Positions 39,962 to 54,089 of a stretch of DNA of 64,000 nucleotides are shown one piece after another; within the stretch, counting starts at the first letter, position 1, and each line of letters starts with the position of its first letter. This DNA is from Octopus vulgaris (taxonomy: Eukaryota), in contig OX597816.1 of the NCBI GenBank assembly GCA_951406725.2, positions 35,092,001 through 35,156,000 on the forward strand. The letters run 5' to 3'. The position numbers and the translations under genes are program-made. Below the pieces are notes generated by a model. That model saw only the letters and a program-made list of their open reading frames with translations. It made no database searches and was not told the DNA's origin.

Positions 39962-40562
39962 TAATGCTACTCACCTATTAATTTTTTTATGATTCGGCCC
40001 AAAAAAGCCCTTTGAATGCCACTAGTCAAATAACCGAACTTAAATTCTTCACTCTACCTTGCATTTTTCATACGCACTTTAATTCTCCCTTTTGACCCAA
40101 AATAAAGGGAAATATTCTCTTTCGCTTTCCCCCCTTTCTTCTAATACTTATTTCTCACTACATATTATACACTCCTCTCATACTGTGCTCTCAACATATT
40201 CTGTTTGAATCTTCCATGCGTCAATATGTACATCCTTGCGACAATGTACTCTTTAATTTAATCAAGATATCCTGGGTCTGGAGAGTAGCCGGTGGTATGC
40301 ACTTCGCTTGAATTTTACCAAGTTTGCTTTAGAAGCGTTGAGGTGTCTTGGAACGGTAAAGAAGTTTGTTTGTTTACGTTCATCGTAATTTGAATTTAAT
40401 GTATGATAGCCTTTCATAAAGCGAAATTTCTATCTATCTTAAATTTGCGGAAGAACTTGTGGTGTGGGCGGTTTTGCTTAATTGGTTCTGAGCACCGCGA
40501 CGGGTAATCACGGAGGTGTGAGTTGGAGTCTCCTAGCCGGCCCCATCCCTTTTTTTCTAGAA

Positions 40563-41658
40563 AATAGGGGTAGATTATCCTGTTCAGTAGGACTCCCTTT
40601 GTCATTAATTACGAGGTATGGACTTGTACAAAGTTTGAATTCTTTCCAAAGGAATTTTTGTCCATTCTTCAGCTAAAATAGTCTCCGGGTCTTGTAGTGA
40701 CAATGGTGGAGGGTATCCTTACATTTTTTTCCAAAATGCACCATAAATGTTCAATAATATTGAGATCTGGAAAAGTGGTGGTCAGATAAGGTGTTCAACT
40801 TCACAAGAATGTTCTTCATGCCATTATGTAACAACTTTAGCTGTGTGAATTGGGGCATTATCATCCTGAAATATTGCGTTTCCCTCTTGAAACAGTTCCA
40901 TAACCATAGGATGAATTTGATCAGATAAAAACTTAAATAGTCTTGACTATTAATTCTTTCATAAATGGAAACTATTGGGCCGTCTCCACACGTATACTTG
41001 GCTGGTCGGAAATGAGGTAAAGTCTGACTCGTCCAAGAAAATAACATTTTTCCACTGCTCTAGGGGCCAATTCTGGAGGATCTTACTCCACTCTAATCCC
41101 TTTGCAGTATTTGTTTTTGAAGCCCCCAAATTTTCGGCTTCAGGCAGCTACAGGTGAACAGTTTTTGTGGAAACTGGGTTCTTTAGGTTGCTATTAAGTG
41201 CCATAGTAATTTTGGGAACTGTACTTTTGTGATCTCTTCTAACAATGCACGTATGAGTCCGACGGACATTATTCGAATATTTTGGATTTCTTCCGGAGTC
41301 TTGATTCAACGAGGAGGTTTTTCCTTCTTTCTCATAGTCTGTCATTACTTTTGAGACATAAATTCTTGATACACCAAACATTTCTGGTGTTTTCATAACG
41401 CTAATGCCTGCTATATAATCACTAGCAATTTCGCCTCTTTGAAAGTACAATAGATTTGTCATTTTAATGAATTTTAATTATCTTTTTCTGATGATATCTG
41501 AAAAGAAACAACAATTTTAGCAAAACATATTAAGCAACACTAATAATAAATAAAAAAAAATATACATGTAAATAAACAAGATTTTGATGGTTTTTATAGA
41601 TATTTCAAAATTATTATGCTATGATACTAAGTGTTTCCATTATTTTGTGCAAACCCTG
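40563..41658 (-). mobile_element. Tc1-like transposon (decayed), same family as 30643
   Basis: TIR CAGGGTTTGCACAAAATAATGGAAACAC next to TA; translations MTNLLYFQRGEI, SGRNPK, FQDDNAPIH and PDLNIIEHLW. Confidence 0.9.
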
Positions 41659-42219
41659 TATATACATATACATAAAGTTTATGAATATTGTTTGGATAAA
41701 CCGTCCATAAGGGCATTGTCAGTCTATAAATATTAATTGAATAAACAGTGCATAAAAACAGTAAAAAGCACTAGAATCTGATTTGCTTATATTAGACGTT
41801 ACTGATGATACGTTAGTAATCTCTTTATCTCTCAGAGAACAGTAATTTTGGACAATCACTATATCATTATGGAATGTTTATCTAATTAACGCGCATAAAC
41901 TGACCACGTATTTATAGACCTTACTAAATGTATAATGTATTATGAACATCATTATGCTATATTACTGAAATAAATGTATTATTGATATGTAAGTTTTATT
42001 TCACTGTTTACAACGTCTCACACATTGATATAGTCTATGGACTACACAGGGAAAATACTGAAATCTATTCATGCTGATGTGTGTCTGTGTGTCCGACTTG
42101 AATGTGGCCGTCAACAAAGGAGCGTTTATTTACCAGAATAAATATATGTGCCTTTGTGAACATGCGCAGGCGGGTAAATAGGACAACGTATATATATATA
42201 TGTGTGTGTGCGTCTATAA

Positions 42220-42756
<537 letters not shown>

Positions 42757-43449
42757 TTGGATCAAAACAGTTTGATTCAAACTCCTTCGGACTGTTTATA
42801 TGTATACATCTTTGTGAATGTGTATAACTTACATTTGTTTACTTTCGTACGTCCATTCTGTAACGCTTTGTTCGCTCGCAGCCCTAATTCTTCGTAAATG
42901 TTGGAGGTACCTCCGATACGCGGATTTCTTAGTATTGTTATTAAACACATGAAACCGACTGCTACGCTTCAGTTGATTACTGATGAAGAATTAGGGCCCT
43001 TCTGTGTCTGTCCTGGATGTACATTTTTTAGCTATGTTTGTTTACTTAATGCATTATTTTTCATTTAAATATATATATATATATATATATAAATGCGTGC
43101 GTGAGTGTGTGTTTGTGTGTAGGTATACATATATGTGAATACTAGTGCGTGGATAAGGCAGTTGATATATGACCATCGAACGGCTACCAAAGCGCGCTGG
43201 CTCAGTTACATGTAGCGTCCTAAAGCCCGGCCACTCAGTGAAGAGTATACGAGGTGCAGATGTGGAGCTGCCAAATTTTATCTAACAGCCAGAATCTACT
43301 GATGCCCTCTGTCTGTCCACCTCTAACGAGATTGTCTTGTATTTTCATGATTTTAATTGATTATATCACTATCTGACGACTGCTCGAATTAATGTCTATC
43401 TGACCAAATTTGGAAAAAGAGGATAATAATATAAAGAGGATAATGATAA

Positions 43450-44127
43450 AACTTTCTATTATAGGTGAAAGGCATGGAATATTTTAGGAAAGGTTAAGTC
43501 AATTACATCGAAGCCAGTGCTCTACCAGTATTAATTTATCAACTTAAAAGTTATGAAAGCAAATTCAACCTCGGCAGAATTTGAACTCAGAACGTGGAGC
43601 CAGATGACATGCCACTAAGCATTTTGCCCAGCGAGCTAATGATTCTGGCAGCTTACCGATTTACTACTAATAATAAAGGTTTGACATTTTTGCATATGGG
43701 TAGCCATTTTCGGAGAGAGATTGAGTCGATTACATTAACCCAGTGGTTCATTGGTATTTTATCTATTGACCTCGAAAAGATGAAAGGCGAAGTCGACCTC
43801 GGTGGAATTTGAACTCTGAACGTAGAGATTAGCGAAATACCACTAAGCATTACGTCCAACATGGTAACGATTCTGCCAGCGCCACGACAAAATAATGATA
43901 ATGATAATAGACCTTTATACTACAGACACAACGACCGAAGTTTGGGAAAGGGGGACAGTTCATTACATAGACCCCAGTATTCAACTGGTATTTATTTTAT
44001 CGACCGCGCCATGATGAAAGGCAAAGTCGACCACTGTTGAAATCGAAGTCAGAAATTGAAGACAAACGGAATACAGCTAAGCATTTTACCTGCCGTGCTA
44101 CCTCTTCTTCCAGCTCACCGCCCGAAA

Positions 44128-44162
<35 letters not shown>

Positions 44163-44220
44163 TAATAACAACAACAACAACAACAACAACACCAACAGCA
44201 ACAACGACGACGACGACGAC

Positions 44221-44284
<64 letters not shown>

Positions 44285-44460
44285 TTTTCTATTCTAGGCA
44301 CAAGACCCGAAATTTTGGGGTAGTGTCCAGTCGATTACATCGACCCCAGTACGCAACAGGTACTTAATTTATCTAAATTTATCAACCCCGTAAGTATGAC
44401 AGCCAAAGCCGACCTCAGCAGAATTTGAACCCAGAAGCTAGCAGCAGACGAAATATCGAT
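43450..44460 (-). mobile_element. Four head-to-tail SINE family B copies separated by (AAT)n tails
   Basis: Repeated GTCGACCTCGG.GGAATTTGAACTC..AACGT...CTAAGCAT blocks near 43570, 43800, 44030 and 44410. Confidence 0.85.
44128..44284. repeat. (AAT)(AAC)(GAC)(GAT) compound microsatellite
   Basis: Seen directly. Confidence 0.95.
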
Positions 44461-45334
44461 AATCATTTCCCCAGATCTCCACCTTCCTAATATCAATAAT
44501 AATATATGTAATTGTATTTGATTGATACGTAAAATACGTTGTTTCATGCTTTTATGTGTCGTTTAGATCTGGTGACTTCTGATAAGCTTCTGAGTTCCGG
44601 GTGTGATAAAATAAATATCAATTTCGAAGTTAGCCAGTGCAATTAACGTCTCCACTTGCCCTAAATTTTCTGACCTTGTGTGAACATGTGAAATCCGTAT
44701 CATAAAGGCGGTAAGCTGACACAACTGTTAGCCTCCAATTCATGGCCGAAATGTTAACAAGCATTTCTTTCGGTTTTGCGCTTTAAGTTGGAACTTCCTC
44801 GAGGTTGGCCTTGCAAGTGAACCTCTCCGGTAGAAAAAAGAAGCATTAGTTGAGATGTGGGATCAGAGTAATCAACAAGCCTTTCCCTTTGTGCCTTCAC
44901 TAGGAGAAGAATACTGAATATGCAACAATCAGCCAATATAATAATGGCTTACATTGAGCAGGTGCAGCGACTTCCAAAATGTAGCCCTCTTTGTTTACCG
45001 TCGGCTATGAAAATTTTGGTCTGTTTGCAAACACGATAAATTTAATTGTAGTACTAACAATTATTCTTTTTCAAATATAAATCCCTTCAATCAAAGTCCA
45101 AACATTCTGACTTGTGGCATGGGTTAACTATAGATAGAAGACTAACTCGGCGTTCGAGTCCCATGACACAGCATCAAATTACAAGGTGTTAAAATATCGA
45201 GTCAGTCATTTATACTTAAACAACTGAAGCGTTTATAAGTTTTCATACAATATTGACCCACCCGATATCACTTTATCTTGAACATATTGACAACTGTTTC
45301 TTAAATAAAATTTATTATGATGCAAATCGCTATA

Positions 45335-45735
45335 ATAGTCTATCTACCAAAGGTAGAAGAGCTGCAGAATTGAGGGGAGGAGCAGGCGATTCCATCGATC
45401 TCAGGGGTCAACAAGTACTTATTTTATCAGCTGAGAAACGGATGAATGGCATTGTCAGCCTTGAGATTATTTGAAGTCAGAAAGTGAACCAGACGATATT
45501 CCTGTTTCGTTAAAACCCAGAAGGCGCTAAACACAGAGAGGACAAACAAGAACAGACAAACGGATTAAGTCCATTTTATCGACCCTACTACGTAACTGGT
45601 ACTTAATTCTCTTTCAACCGAAAGATTGAAAGGAAAAGTCGACCTCGGCGGAATTTGATCTCAGAACGTAGCGGCAGACGAAATACCGTTAGGCATTTTC
45701 AACCAGTGTGCTAATGATTCGGTCAGTTCACCGAT
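45335..45735 (-). mobile_element. Two SINE family B copies
   Basis: AAAGTCGACCTCGGCGGAATTTGA...GCAGACGAAATACCG; tail matches the 36720 copy. Confidence 0.82.
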
Positions 45736-46278
45736 TATATACACACTTCTATTTTACGAACGTAATAATTTCTGAGTTAGGAAATATTTTTGTCTAGATA
45801 CATGAAAAAAATATCCTGACTGCTAATAATTATAGTTAATATGTTTAATACCATACCATATCCACGAAAAAAACTGAAGCAAAAATGTATGGTTCATGAA
45901 GATAATCAATACAAAACAATTAAATAGAAAAGAGAAAGAACACAAAACAAAAAAAAAATTGCAAAATTTTGTGTGGAAAATAAAAATCGTTTGTTGATTT
46001 GCCAGTATTGCAAATCTTAGAAAAAAATATTCAAGAATATTTTATCAATTTGCAATCATACATATGATGATGATGGTGATGATGCTGATGCCGATAGTGA
46101 TGTCGACGACAACGGCAGCAACGGTGATGATGATGATAATGATTAACAGTCTTTTGATTTTATGAAAAATTCAGTAGGTGTGAATATGGCTTTCAAATCA
46201 AATATGGAATTTCTTGCCTGCAGAAAATTAACCACGTTAAATAACCAAGATATTGTGTATGGGTGTATGTATATATAA

Positions 46279-46321
<43 letters not shown>

Positions 46322-47799
46322 ATAAATGTCTATATATATATATATAGTAATAGTGAGATATTTCGATTATCATCGGGTGAGAGAGTAGTCTGTGATGAAA
46401 TACGTTCAAGAAAAAAAATTGCGTAATCTATTGTGATGAAATATTGAATATTAAGCCATATAAAATACTAACTGATAGACCCGGCGTTGACCGACTCGTG
46501 AAACCAATTTATTTAACTTATGATAAATCATTTGAATAAATATTCTACGATTTTTCGGTCTAAGCACGTAAGGTGAGTCCATTGTAGAAATAATTTTAGC
46601 TACATTTTACAGGTAGATCTTTTTTTTAACTTATGCAACTCAAATCCAGAAACATGTTGTATAAAAAAATCAATTTTTTTTCAAACATTGTACAAATATA
46701 ATTTTGACCGTATCATAAAACTCTAAGCCTAAATGCCGTGAAAACTTACCATAAGATCTTACCTTCATCACTATGTCTAAATGTACATCTGAATTTTATA
46801 TCTAATAACAAAATACTGACTCCTAATAGCAAATCCTTAACCCAATCTGAGACCCCAACGCGTAATCAAGACCCTGATCCTTTTTGTGTAGAATAGTGAC
46901 TCCTTTATTTAAAGTAGATGCTTTCAGAAAAGTTTTGATAATGAAAAATTATCGTAACTTCAAAATTTAATTTTGAAAAACATTATTTGCAGGAAGTTAT
47001 CCAGAGAAATTTGCGGAAAGCTAAAAGATATTTAAGAAATAAAGCTATATGGGGTATTAATCTAAAACTTCGCTCAATCTAATCGATTCGTACAATTTTT
47101 AATCGGCACATTAATAGAATTTCCGAAAAATTCTCAATTTGCCAGCGCGCATATAAATATACTTTCGCACAATAATTGGGAAAGAATTTGATTTACTGTT
47201 ATAATTTACTTTAAGGTATGGATGAATTGCGTTTAGCCTTAATCTACCCATTCTTATTAACACCAGGTAGCTATTTAACTCGCCTTGTAATCAGGAGTGC
47301 ACCAAACAATACGCGTGCGTATGCTTACATTTTCGCAAATGCTTGTATGGTCGAGTGTGCAGGCGTCATAAATATTGCGCGAGGGCATTTATAAACCCAT
47401 ATTCTTCCCCTCTCTATAGCGTGTTTATTTCTTTTTTGGTATCTATGATCTTATTTTTGATTTCCTATATAAATGAAGATATTTTGCTTCGCTTTGCTAC
47501 TGATCCGTATACGAAATGAGAAAATACATTGCAGAACTGTCATTTTAACGAGTTGTGTCTATTTATCACGCGATGAGATACGTATGCACCACCGGATGCT
47601 CCTGGAAATCACTTGTTAACTTTCCCACTCGTGATGGATCGATGCTACATGTCGAAATAATTGCCGTGATTAATACTAAAAATTCTCGTAAGTCCCATCT
47701 TCCGACATTTAGTTACTAAACAGACACACATACCCAACACATACACCTATATATTATTAATAATAGTATGACGACAAAAGCATGAATGAGACCTCGATG

Positions 47800-47847
<48 letters not shown>

Positions 47848-47925
47848 GTATATATAATATAGAAAAATTCCTCTATTTACATTATGACAACTTACTGATT
47901 GTCCTATACATACACATGCATACAT

Positions 47926-47984
<59 letters not shown>

Positions 47985-48353
47985 TATATATATGTATATA
48001 TATGTATATAGATATATATGCATATACTGTGGGACCACATTCATACTTACATGCCTTTGTACGCAATATTCACAATTTTGAACCCGGGATGGCATATTTC
48101 TATTGGGGTTTTTATTTAAGATTGGGATTTAGATTTTAGTGTTAAAATCTCGAGTAGCAGTTGGAGTAACAAGTCTACGATATGAGCTAATTTTATGAAT
48201 TTGTGTTGCAACAATCTTCATGTGGATGGCTGTGTGAATATAGATGTTTTATTTTTGGGAATTGTCTTTATTTATATAGTATTGGCCTAGAGACACGCAC
48301 TATTTATATGATCTCCACTTTAGTTTTATTATCATTGTTTCTTTTCTTTTATA

Positions 48354-48645
48354 CCCTTTTGAAGCCTAGCCAGGCTCATGGGCCCGGTTTCTCGGTTTCT
48401 GTGGCGTATGTGTTCCCCCCAGCTGGACGGGACGCCAGTCCATCGCAGCGTTACTAAAGAAAGAGGAAGAGGGAGTGAGAAAAAAGTTGTAGCGAAAGAG
48501 TACAACAGGGGTCCCCACCTTCCTCTGTCGGAGCCTCGTGGAGCTTATAAGTGTTTCCGCTCAATAAACACAAACAAAACCCGATCTGGAAATCGAAACA
48601 GCGATCCTCCGACCGCGAGTCCGCTGCCCTAACCATTGGGCCTCC
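48354..48645 (-). mobile_element. tRNA-derived SINE, family C
   Basis: Minus-strand head CCCAATGGTTAGGGCAGCGGACTCGCGGTCG...TTCGATTTCC; second copy at 52987-53270. Confidence 0.88.
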
Positions 48646-49157
48646 ACTTTATTATTATTCGTTATAGTTTATTTGTGAGATTGTGTGTTTGTGCTGTAAA
48701 GAAAAGCAACAAATTAAATGCTATGGCTTTATTTATATAAACGACCGAACATAAAATAATTAAAAAAATGAACTTTCAATAGCGAAAAATATATTAAAAA
48801 TAACACCTAGTGGATATGGATGTATAAGCGCTCTCGCGCAATCTGCATGTGACATGTACACTCGCTCATACAAACATCCTTTATTGTCGCCAACGGGTGC
48901 TTATGTAAATTACAAAGCAGAAATTAAAAGCAATTTGGTGTTATTCCTCTTATTCAATTGATTCTTCTCGAAATTCACGAGTTGATGGGTGTGTGGTGAA
49001 TTGCGGAACGAGATAAATCGTAATGATTCATCATAGAAATCATGCTTGTATATATACATATATCTATGGGTAAGTGTATCATTATATATATATATATATG
49101 AATAAATAGATTAATAAATCAATGGAGTTGAACGAAGATGTTAATAATATTCCTTTA

Positions 49158-49239
49158 CTTACGACATATGTTTCGAAGACAACATGGTTTTATTCTAAGG
49201 GAATAAACGGTGTAATATGCAATCTTCTCATCAGGAAAG
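49158..49239 (-). ncRNA. Type I hammerhead ribozyme with long stem II, same family as 24994
   Basis: Minus strand reads CUUUC CUGAUGA GAAGAU...GUCUUC GAA ACAUAUGU C GUAAG; core intact, one mismatch in stem I. Confidence 0.8.
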
Positions 49240-49338
49240 AAATGAATTTTCCATGTTAACGGTAAACATAGGATAATTCATTCACCCATCGAAATATATA
49301 TGCGTGTATGTGTATCTCCAAGCACATAAATGTACACA

Positions 49339-49391
<53 letters not shown>

Positions 49392-49629
49392 TTAAGGGTA
49401 GAAATTGATATTTATCCATTAAGACCAGTGGTCTAGCATATTAAAAAAGAATCCGAAGATTAAAATATTTATATATACCAATTAAGGACTGAACACGAAA
49501 AGTGGACAGTCAACATGCTAGATATAGACGTCAAATCACCTTCACCACAAAATATTATGTTCTCAGATCAAACTCAACACAAAACCATAGCAATAAACAA
49601 GTGAAAAATATACGAAATAAAATAATTAC

Positions 49630-49690
49630 CCATGTACTTAGTTTCAGCTGTTATTTTCCGCAAGGAAAACTGCAGCCATCATCAGCATGG
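49630..49690 (-). ncRNA. Type I hammerhead ribozyme (left arm)
   Basis: Minus strand reads CCAUG CUGAUGA U GGCUG...CAGCU GAA ACUAAGU A CAUGG. Confidence 0.85.
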
Positions 49691-49780
49691 TCCGTTATAA
49701 ATGTAATTTGCTGGACTAAATGCAAACACGATACCGAAATATCGCGTGCATGGAGTTCAGCCTATTACATTTATAACGGA

Positions 49781-49845
49781 CCATGCTGATGATGGCTGCA
49801 GTTTTCCTTGCGGAAAATAACAGCTGAAACTAAGTTAGTACATGG
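49781..49845 (+). ncRNA. Type I hammerhead ribozyme (right arm)
   Basis: Reads CCAUG CUGAUGA U GGCUG CA GUUUUCC UUGC GGAAAAU AA CAGCU GAA ACUAAGUUAGU A CAUGG. Confidence 0.87.
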
Positions 49846-51039
49846 GTAATTATTTTATTTCGTATATTTTTCACTTGTTTATTGCTATGGTTTTGTGTTG
49901 AGTTTGATCTGAGAACATAATCTTTTGTGGTGAAAGGCGATTTGACGTCTATATCTAGCATGTTGACTGTCCACTTTTCGTGTTCAGTCCTTAATTGGTA
50001 TATATATATATATACATATATATATGTAATACATAAAATACAGATGTCTGTGCAATCGCTTTTCACGCGAAAAGGGCTTCACCAATCGCTTCCGTAATTG
50101 TGATGCCTGAATAATTTGACCTCGGACAAATGTTAGGCTCTTCATTTGATTTTTTTTATTACAAATGAATAATTAGGCTTTATAGATATAATTCACTTCT
50201 GAATGTCAACTTCCGTTATTGACGTTGCAACGTCAAAAATCTTCTCGCTCTATTTTGATGATATTATTCTAATTCACTATTTGCATACAAATATGATAAC
50301 TTGCCGAAAGAAATATTTACGAACTTCACAAATTTAGACATTCTCTACAAATCCTTTTAGCTATTCAGTTCATATTTGTTTCATTCAGTGTTCGCAATAT
50401 TCTCCCTGAACCTCCCCGTCTAACACACACACTAGTGAGTCACACACGCATATGTGTGTTTTGTAAGTACGTTTGCATACATTTATGCACGGATGTGTAT
50501 TTGTGAGAGAGAGAGAGAGAGAGTCAAGGTTGTGTTGTCATGTATACACACATACGCAAATACTTGTGCATACATCTGTTTTGTACGTATGTGTGCGTGT
50601 GTGTGTGACTAAGAGAGAGAGAGAGAGATAGATAGATAGAGAGAGAGATGTCTAAGTGGCATTCACTCTCTCTCTCTCTGTCTCTCATATGCTTACACAA
50701 AGATGTATGCGTATTTATTTATGTATTTATGTATGACAGTACACTCCTTCACACACACACACACAAATGTCCACTTCATCTGATGCTTGATACTGTGTAT
50801 GTGAGCGTGTAGGTGTGGATGTGTGCGTGGGACGTTCCACCATCGATATTTATTTAAATTATTTTTGTGAAGATATTCACGTAATTCATTGTTTCATTTA
50901 ATTCCCATTTTAATTGTCTAAAATTTCGGAGCACAATGTTCTCACTCTGCAAGAGGAGCTGGGGTCGATGTAGATGGTCATTGTTCTACAGTGAAGTAAA
51001 GTTGTCTACAGGTAGCCAGAGTCAACGTTGCATTCTGCA

Positions 51040-51676
51040 ACTTTACTAACTCAGTCAAGTATGTTTGCAAATATATAAACAAATGTTTCGATGCTGCAAC
51101 ATACATCTTATGCAGATTTGCAGTCATCTGATAAATAAAAATGACACAGATGCACAGTAAGACAGAGGAGAATACATTTGTACCAATGAGGGTTTTGGCG
51201 CATCATCAATTTTCCCCTTCGTGAGAGGCACCCAGTCATCATTCATCTGAGTCTCCATTTAGAGAATGACCACATGGCTATCTTTACAAAACAAACAACC
51301 TTGCAACAAGCACTTTCTTCAAAAGAATTTTCCCTTACAACCATTTTTAAGTTGCGTAATGTAGATGAAAATGTAAGAAAACTCCTTTGCCCACAATTGC
51401 CCAAGTATTACAACTGCAGAACAATAAACGACACAAGAACAAATGTGGGGCTGATGCTGTTGCAAGAGTGTACAGTGCATCACCACACACAATACCAAGC
51501 AGAATGCATCTACTTACGCCTCCTTTTGCATGAAGTACGCGGTCCCAAATCATTCCAAGATTCGAGGAAGATAGATTGGTCGTTTGTGTGAAACTTATAA
51601 GGAAGCATGCTGTCAACAAGGTTTTCTTTTAGAAAATGATGAACATTGGGATATTACATTGACTGAAGCATCAGTA
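51040..51676 (+). mobile_element. Helitron Rep/helicase fragment
   Basis: Translations ERHPVIIHLSLHLEN, AECIYLRLLLHEVRGPKSFQD and CETYKEAC...LLENDEHWDITLTEA. Confidence 0.88.
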
Positions 51677-51678
51677 TC

Positions 51679-51702
51679 AACAACAACAACAACAACAACA
51701 AC

Positions 51703-51763
<61 letters not shown>

Positions 51764-51793
51764 TTAATAATGATAATAATGATAATAATAATG

Positions 51794-51864
<71 letters not shown>
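51679..51864. repeat. (AAC)(AAT)(GAT) microsatellite
   Basis: Seen directly. Confidence 0.95.
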
Positions 51865-51885
51865 AGCAACAACATCGAAAAATAC

Positions 51886-51930
51886 CTGATGAAGGCTGCA
51901 GGGTATATCAATCGAAACGTTGTGTTAACA
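51886..51930 (+). ncRNA. Degenerate hammerhead core
   Basis: Reads CUGAUGA A GGCUG CAGGGUAUAU CAAUC GAAAC GUUGUGUUA; stem II is partly broken and stem I is not evident. Confidence 0.5.
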
Positions 51931-52159
51931 ACAAACATGATGAGGACAAATATCTGTCTTATGTAAATATTGTAAATAATGAATATTTTGTATGTTTGTC
52001 TTTTTGTATATATTAACGATAAGTATGTAACTACGATGTTTGATCAATATGTATCCGGACTGTTGCCATATTAACGAAGCTGAAACAGGCAGAGTAAAGC
52101 CGCTTAGCAAATATTGACCATGAGTACTGTTGTGAACGAACACTATTTTCTAGCGTTGT

Positions 52160-52810
52160 AGCGCACCTCTGCTGTTTACAGAAGTGCTTAGAATGAGGGT
52201 ATGTATCACGTGATCATCACATTGACCTTGAGAAAGAAAGATGCCATGGCGATAGCTGCACAGAGGCCTACGCAGAGTTACAGAAAGAGTATGAAGAGGA
52301 GTGTATGAGCCACAGACAAGTGTGCAAATGATTCAGATGCTTCCAGCATGGTCGAAAAAATGTTGATATTCAGAAACATTCTGGGAGTCCCGCTATCAGC
52401 AGCACTGAGAAAAACATCGGAGAAGTGCGTGCAGCTGTGAGAGTGAGTCTTCAAATCATAACACGTGAGCTATCAGAGGATGTGCTAATTAGTTACGGTT
52501 CAGTTCCGTATCACTGAAGATTTGGGTATGGGGACGTGTGTTTGCTATGTTTGTGCCAAAACTGCTTTGCGCTGACCAAAAAGACACTCGAGTTCCAGTT
52601 GCACAAATTTCTCTTTATTATGTCGAGAACGATGAAAGCGTTTTGAAAAAAATTGCGTAGGCCTCTGACCAGGTATCGCCAAGATCTTGGCAAAATTTGA
52701 TACAGATCCTCTGCTCAACTTACTCTGTCATGGTCAGTGCGACGGTCACTCGATACGCACCTTCTTTCCAAGCACTGTTGTAAGCAATGGACGTGAGATA
52801 AAACGTTCAA
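52160..52810 (+). mobile_element. Mariner 5' fragment followed by an inverted copy of its own 5' end
   Basis: Plus strand: TEAYAELQKEY..CMS..QV.K*FRCF..GR and ITEDLGMGRVFAMFVPKLL. Minus strand 52655-52730: MTE*VEQRICIKFCQDLGDTWSEAYA. Confidence 0.8.
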
Positions 52811-52986
52811 ACTTAGTGCGCCTGCACAGCAGTTGTTAAGGTCATTCTGTGCCAAGCAGCTTTACTCTCCGTGCTGCAGCTTCGTTACTATCTCAACACC
52901 ACGCATGTGTGCTCTTTTTTATGGTCGTTGACCTCTACAAAAAATATTCAGGTGGAAATGTATATGAAAACTCACAATAAACGTCG

Positions 52987-53270
52987 CCTTTTTCAAGCCT
53001 AGCCAGGCTCATGGGCCCGGTTTCCCGATTTCTATGGCTTATATGCTCCCCCCAGACCATCTCAAAGTTACTCAAGAAACAGGAAGAGAGAGTGAGAGAA
53101 AGTTGTGGTGAAAGACTACAACAGGAGATCCCACCACCCGCTGCCGCAGCCCCGTGGAGCTTTTGGGTGTTTTCGCTCAATAAACACAAGCAACGCCCGG
53201 TCTGGGAATCTAAACCACGATCCTCCGACCGCGAGTCCGCTGCCCTAACCACTGTGCCATTGCGCGCCCA
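52987..53270 (-). mobile_element. SINE family C
   Basis: Homologous to 48354-48645. Confidence 0.88.
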
Positions 53271-54051
53271 CATATGAAAACTTGCTAAACGTCTATGAAT
53301 TACTTCTCTTATGACGAGTAAGCATATTCGCTTCTCAAATGTTAATATCGAAGTTTTTAATCTAACTTTGCGAACTTTACATAGCCAATTCCGATTTCAA
53401 CAATAACTTTAAATAATGCAAAGAAAGATGTCCACGCACATACCTAAGTATATCTTTGAAACTATCTTTGCATTTATCTGTTTATCTATCTATCTGACTA
53501 CACATCTCTTTATCTATTTGTATATCTGTATATCCAATGCTCTCTCTCTCTTGCTTTCTCTCTAGAAGTTTTATTTATTATTTTGCACATTACTGAATGT
53601 GTTATATGTTTTATCTTATATTTTATCTTTCTATAATATGTAACTTTTCTAAAGGGTATAATTTAATATTTCATTATTAAATTCATAAAAGGTGCTTTTT
53701 GTTCTAACTTATATATATATATATTTATATATAGATGTATATATATATATATGTATGTATGTGTGTAAGTATATATGTATGTATACGTCTGTGCATGGTG
53801 TTTGTGCCCGCACATGCATACGTATATAAAAAGAAGGCGTGTGTATGTATGAGTATACGTACATTATTGCATACACCCACACATCTTTATATACAAAAAT
53901 ATGCTGGCGTGCAGAGGCATCTTGTGCAAAAGAGTTCTCTAATATCCCAGAGTCTACCAAAGCCTTGTTAGCAGAATTGGTAGACAGAAATTAAAAACAG
54001 TCCCTCACATGTATCTCTGTATGTGAGAGGGAGTGTCTGTGAGGGTTTATG

Positions 54052-54085
<34 letters not shown>

Positions 54086-54089
<4 letters not shown>

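Larger units (their letters stand above)
49471..50005. repeat. Near-perfect inverted repeat, arms 49471-49707 and 49764-50005, 56-bp spacer
   Basis: Arms are reverse complements with only a few differences; TA tracts lie nearby on both sides. Confidence 0.95.

Noticed and set aside
46468-46500. Helitron-like terminal motif TACTA...ACCCGGCGTTG
   Set aside because: The other end and the element body could not be identified.
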